Assembly: GCA_040285825.1 (NCBI GenBank)
Contig: JAUPSS010000009.1
Location: forward strand, 620,001-684,000
Direction: 5' to 3'
Source: Eukaryota sp. TZLM1-RC
Lineage: Eukaryota; Protista; Metamonada: BaSk clade
DNA: 64,000 nt
Shown here: positions 61,122 through 64,000 of the stretch, piece by piece
Layout: each line of letters begins with the position of its first letter
Position numbering within the stretch: the first letter of the stretch is position 1
Notes under the pieces: generated by a model
Databases searched by the model: none
What the model was told of the DNA's origin: nothing
The model's input: only the letters and a program-made list of their open reading frames with translations
Position numbers and translations under genes: made by a program

Positions 61122-62142
61122 TATATTATTTGAACATTGAAAACCAATATTTGGTTATGAAAATCTTCACACCAAAGAACAAAAATCATGTTTAGAGCAT
61201 CGCAATACCCCACCACTATTTGAGTCACCGACTAGTCTTGTATTAAGAAAGTTGTAGAATAAAAAATATGTACAACATCAAGAATTGTAGGAAAATCTTG
61301 TATGATTAATTTAGAACAAGATTGGAAAACATCATCATGAACATTCAAGACAGATTGTTTGCGTTCTGTTCGAACATAGGGAAAACTAAATTGATCTAGA
61401 AAAAATATAGTTTGTAGGTTTTAATAAAGAACAATGTAGTTAATAAAAGAAAAATTGTTGCATTGTACTTCAAATTATTCACATACTCAAAACATTATTT
61501 ACTCATTAATTAGATATATATTATAATGATGACAATTATTATATTATATAAGAACTTATGTAATGACCAAAATTGATCTTTTACTATTCTTTACACTATA
61601 TAAATGATCTGTGGACGATCTCAACAAAAATGAAAGTTCTTGGAATAAGTTTGAATGAGTAAAGTATGCATTTCAAATGAAAACCACAGAATAACGTTAC
61701 AACTTTATCCTGCGTGGGTATACAGTCATCTGTTTTTAAAAAGTGATATGTTGACATTCCCATTTGTTGTCAATGTTGGCTTCTTACAAAAATTTTGCTT
61801 ATTTGAACAACATGTTGCATACATTGCTCCATTAATTGTCCATTTTGAACTCATTGAGTGAATAACACAAAGTAGAAAATCTTTACCATGTTTTTGATCT
61901 ACATCAGATAGTTGATATTTATGTGATTTCAGTACAAATGATTTCATCCTTTTGATTGATTAAAAATTGCTATTTGAGGCGATGCCAAGTTCAAAGGTGG
62001 TTGATGTGAGAAAAATAAATAAATTTACAAACATTTATTAGCTACTTATAGTACAAAACTCCAGAAACAAATAGAGAAAAAAAGGTAAAGAAAAAAGAAC
62101 AAATTTACCAAAATAACTCACATGAAATGATGAAACAACAAT

Positions 62143-62532
62143 TTATTCAGTGTAAAGGCCATTCTGTTCCAAAATGTCTAAATAAGTCTGACGTGACATT
62201 CCCAGCGGCTTGGGAGGAATCTGTGGTATATAGGGTGCGGAATGTCCATGTTTCACCATAACTTTTGTAATGGCACGTAAAAGCACTGGAATATAAGGGC
62301 CTGAGCCCTTTGGGATCGAACCAATCAAGGAAAATAAGTTGTAAAGAGTATCTTGGATGGACTGTTCTGATGAGGGTCGCAGTGTTTCTTTTGGATGTGG
62401 CGGTGTGGGCGTGGGTCTGTATGGTGCAGAGAGTTTAGAAGAAACAGAAGAAGTTGATTGTGGTGTAAAAACTTCACGTACTTGATGTACTCTGGGAGAA
62501 GGTATGCTTCTAGAAGGCTTCCGAAGGGACAT
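62143..62532 (-). CDS. hypothetical Pro/Ser-rich protein
   Basis: 129-aa ORF with host-like GC content and no recognised motif. Confidence 0.55.
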   Translation of the reverse strand: MSLRKPSRSIPSPRVHQVREVFTPQSTSSVSSKLSAPYRPTPTPPHPKETLRPSSEQSIQDTLYNLFSLIGSIPKGSGPYIPVLLRAITKVMVKHGHSAPYIPQIPPKPLGMSRQTYLDILEQNGLYTE

Positions 62533-62612
62533 CGGCTAACAGCACAAAAATGTCAAATAGTAGTAACCCGTTGAGATTCCTGGAATATGAAGGAATATGA
62601 AGATGAAATGGA

Positions 62613-64000
62613 TTAAGTTGATCTTTTCAAAACTTGAGGACTTTCATATTTATCAATTTAGATGCTGATCATCAACATGAATCATATTAAGAACAACAGT
62701 GACATTACGATTCCATAGACATCTATATTTGTTGCAAGTGAGTAAATTATGTCTAAGGACCGTTGGAGTCCTTGCTCTCCTGTATGGTCTTGGGTTTGGT
62801 ACTCCATGCTTCTTCACATTTCACCTCTTTTTTCCTCGAGTACACATGCATGTCATAGACAACTTGTTCTATATTCATCCAACAGCAACAGACGGAATTT
62901 GCGTTTTTTAAACATCTTTCGATAACCAACATTCTTTGTAAGTGCTTGATGTTTAAAATTGGTTTGCTTCCAATCACCCATCACTACAATGTTATCTTCT
63001 GACCTCCAAACTTATTGTCAAATTCATCCATCCATTTTGCTTCAAAGCTCTCTGTGACCATGAATCTTCGCAGTTCCTTAATTCTTTATTGAAGTAAAAA
63101 GCTCCATCATGGAGAGAAAAGTTGTTTTTTTGCCTTGCAGTAGTTTAGGAATTTTTCATGATGTAGAGTTTTTTGAAAATTGTTTTAATTCTTCTTTTCA
63201 CTGCTTTACAGTTTTTTGTTTTGAATAATCCATGATTCTTTACCATCCTTATATAATATTTGATGGTCTTTGTTTAGAGTTTCTCTCCTCCTTCGTGGAG
63301 CAGTCAGCTTCTTGAAAGTATATTCCTTTATTTTTGCTTTCTTGTTTTCATTTGGAGGAGGGGGATTTTGTTTTGGCCCGAAGTCTAGAATCTTTTGTTT
63401 TGTCTTTTTGTTTGTTTTTCATTCTATTAATAAAGCCTCTATTTCTTCCCTTGTTTTTTCATGATACCATTCGTCCCATTCTAATCTTGTATCTGTTGGG
63501 GTTGAGTGTGGTTCAGTTAACCTGTTGGGATTTGGGCAATTTATTTTTCGTTTCCCAGTCATCAATTGGTCCCTAATACCAGGGTTGCTTACTGTGAAGG
63601 TATTGTTTATCAGCTCATATCGCGGAATTTCAGTCAAGTACGGATCTTTTTCATCTTCTTCGGGCTTCCTAAGGCGACTCTTCCCAGCTTTATCATTTCG
63701 TATGAGATGTAACAGTAAAACTTTAGCATCAGTCCTCACAGAAAAATAAAAGCAATAATGATGGAAAACTCTTTTTCCCGTCCACATTATCCTTTTCCAA
63801 TATTGATGTTGGAATTTGTCCAACTTTCCACCCAGCAGCGCTTCAAAATATTTCGGATAATGGGATTAAAAATCTGTAAATTGCCTGGGTATTCCAGAAG
63901 GTATCTTAGTGGTCGGAAGTGCAAATAAATTATACTTAAAATGAGGATTGTTTGTGAAAGAATTATTTTCCAAATAAGCAATTCCTTAAACAAACAAAAA
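62613..64000 (-). pseudogene. Fanzor1-type nuclease, C-terminal half (copy 4; continues beyond window)
   Basis: FYFSVRTDA, VSNPGIRD, VVMGDW, LLLLDEYRTSC, RHNLLTC..LWNRNV.VVLNM and ESPQVLKRST*. Many stops and frameshifts. Confidence 0.8.

Noticed and set aside
61655-61950. hAT transposase fragment (CVIH)
   Set aside because: There is only a weak CxxH-like match, which is not enough to call.

Overview
This is a compact, AT-rich eukaryotic window. About 20 host genes with ~29-33-nt spliceosomal introns (BBS2, SANBR-like, ERGIC-53/VIP36-like lectin, IMP4, ThrRS, ARPC1, gamma-SNAP, SLU7, arginine deiminase, a divergent hybrid-cluster protein and others) and two tRNAs are interleaved with decayed mobile DNA. 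That DNA includes many RLE-type non-LTR retrotransposon fragments, a chromodomain Ty3/Gypsy element and pogo/hAT relics. BBS2, ADI and HCP together suggest an anaerobic flagellate, possibly a metamonad (inference). The main signal is four decayed Fanzor1-type (eukaryotic TnpB) loci. Two of them carry a DEDDy/PolB-type 3'-5' exonuclease domain in the same reading frame as the Fanzor N-terminus. The three copies that keep a C-terminus all read N at the RuvC-III aspartate and share a short candidate omegaRNA terminal stem. At the first locus, a 2,001-bp giant-virus-like block (Dam methyltransferase plus PD-(D/E)xK endonuclease) sits between two exact 19-bp direct repeats at the predicted scaffold/guide junction. 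All family calls come from motif recognition by eye, with no database search, and pseudogene boundaries are approximate.
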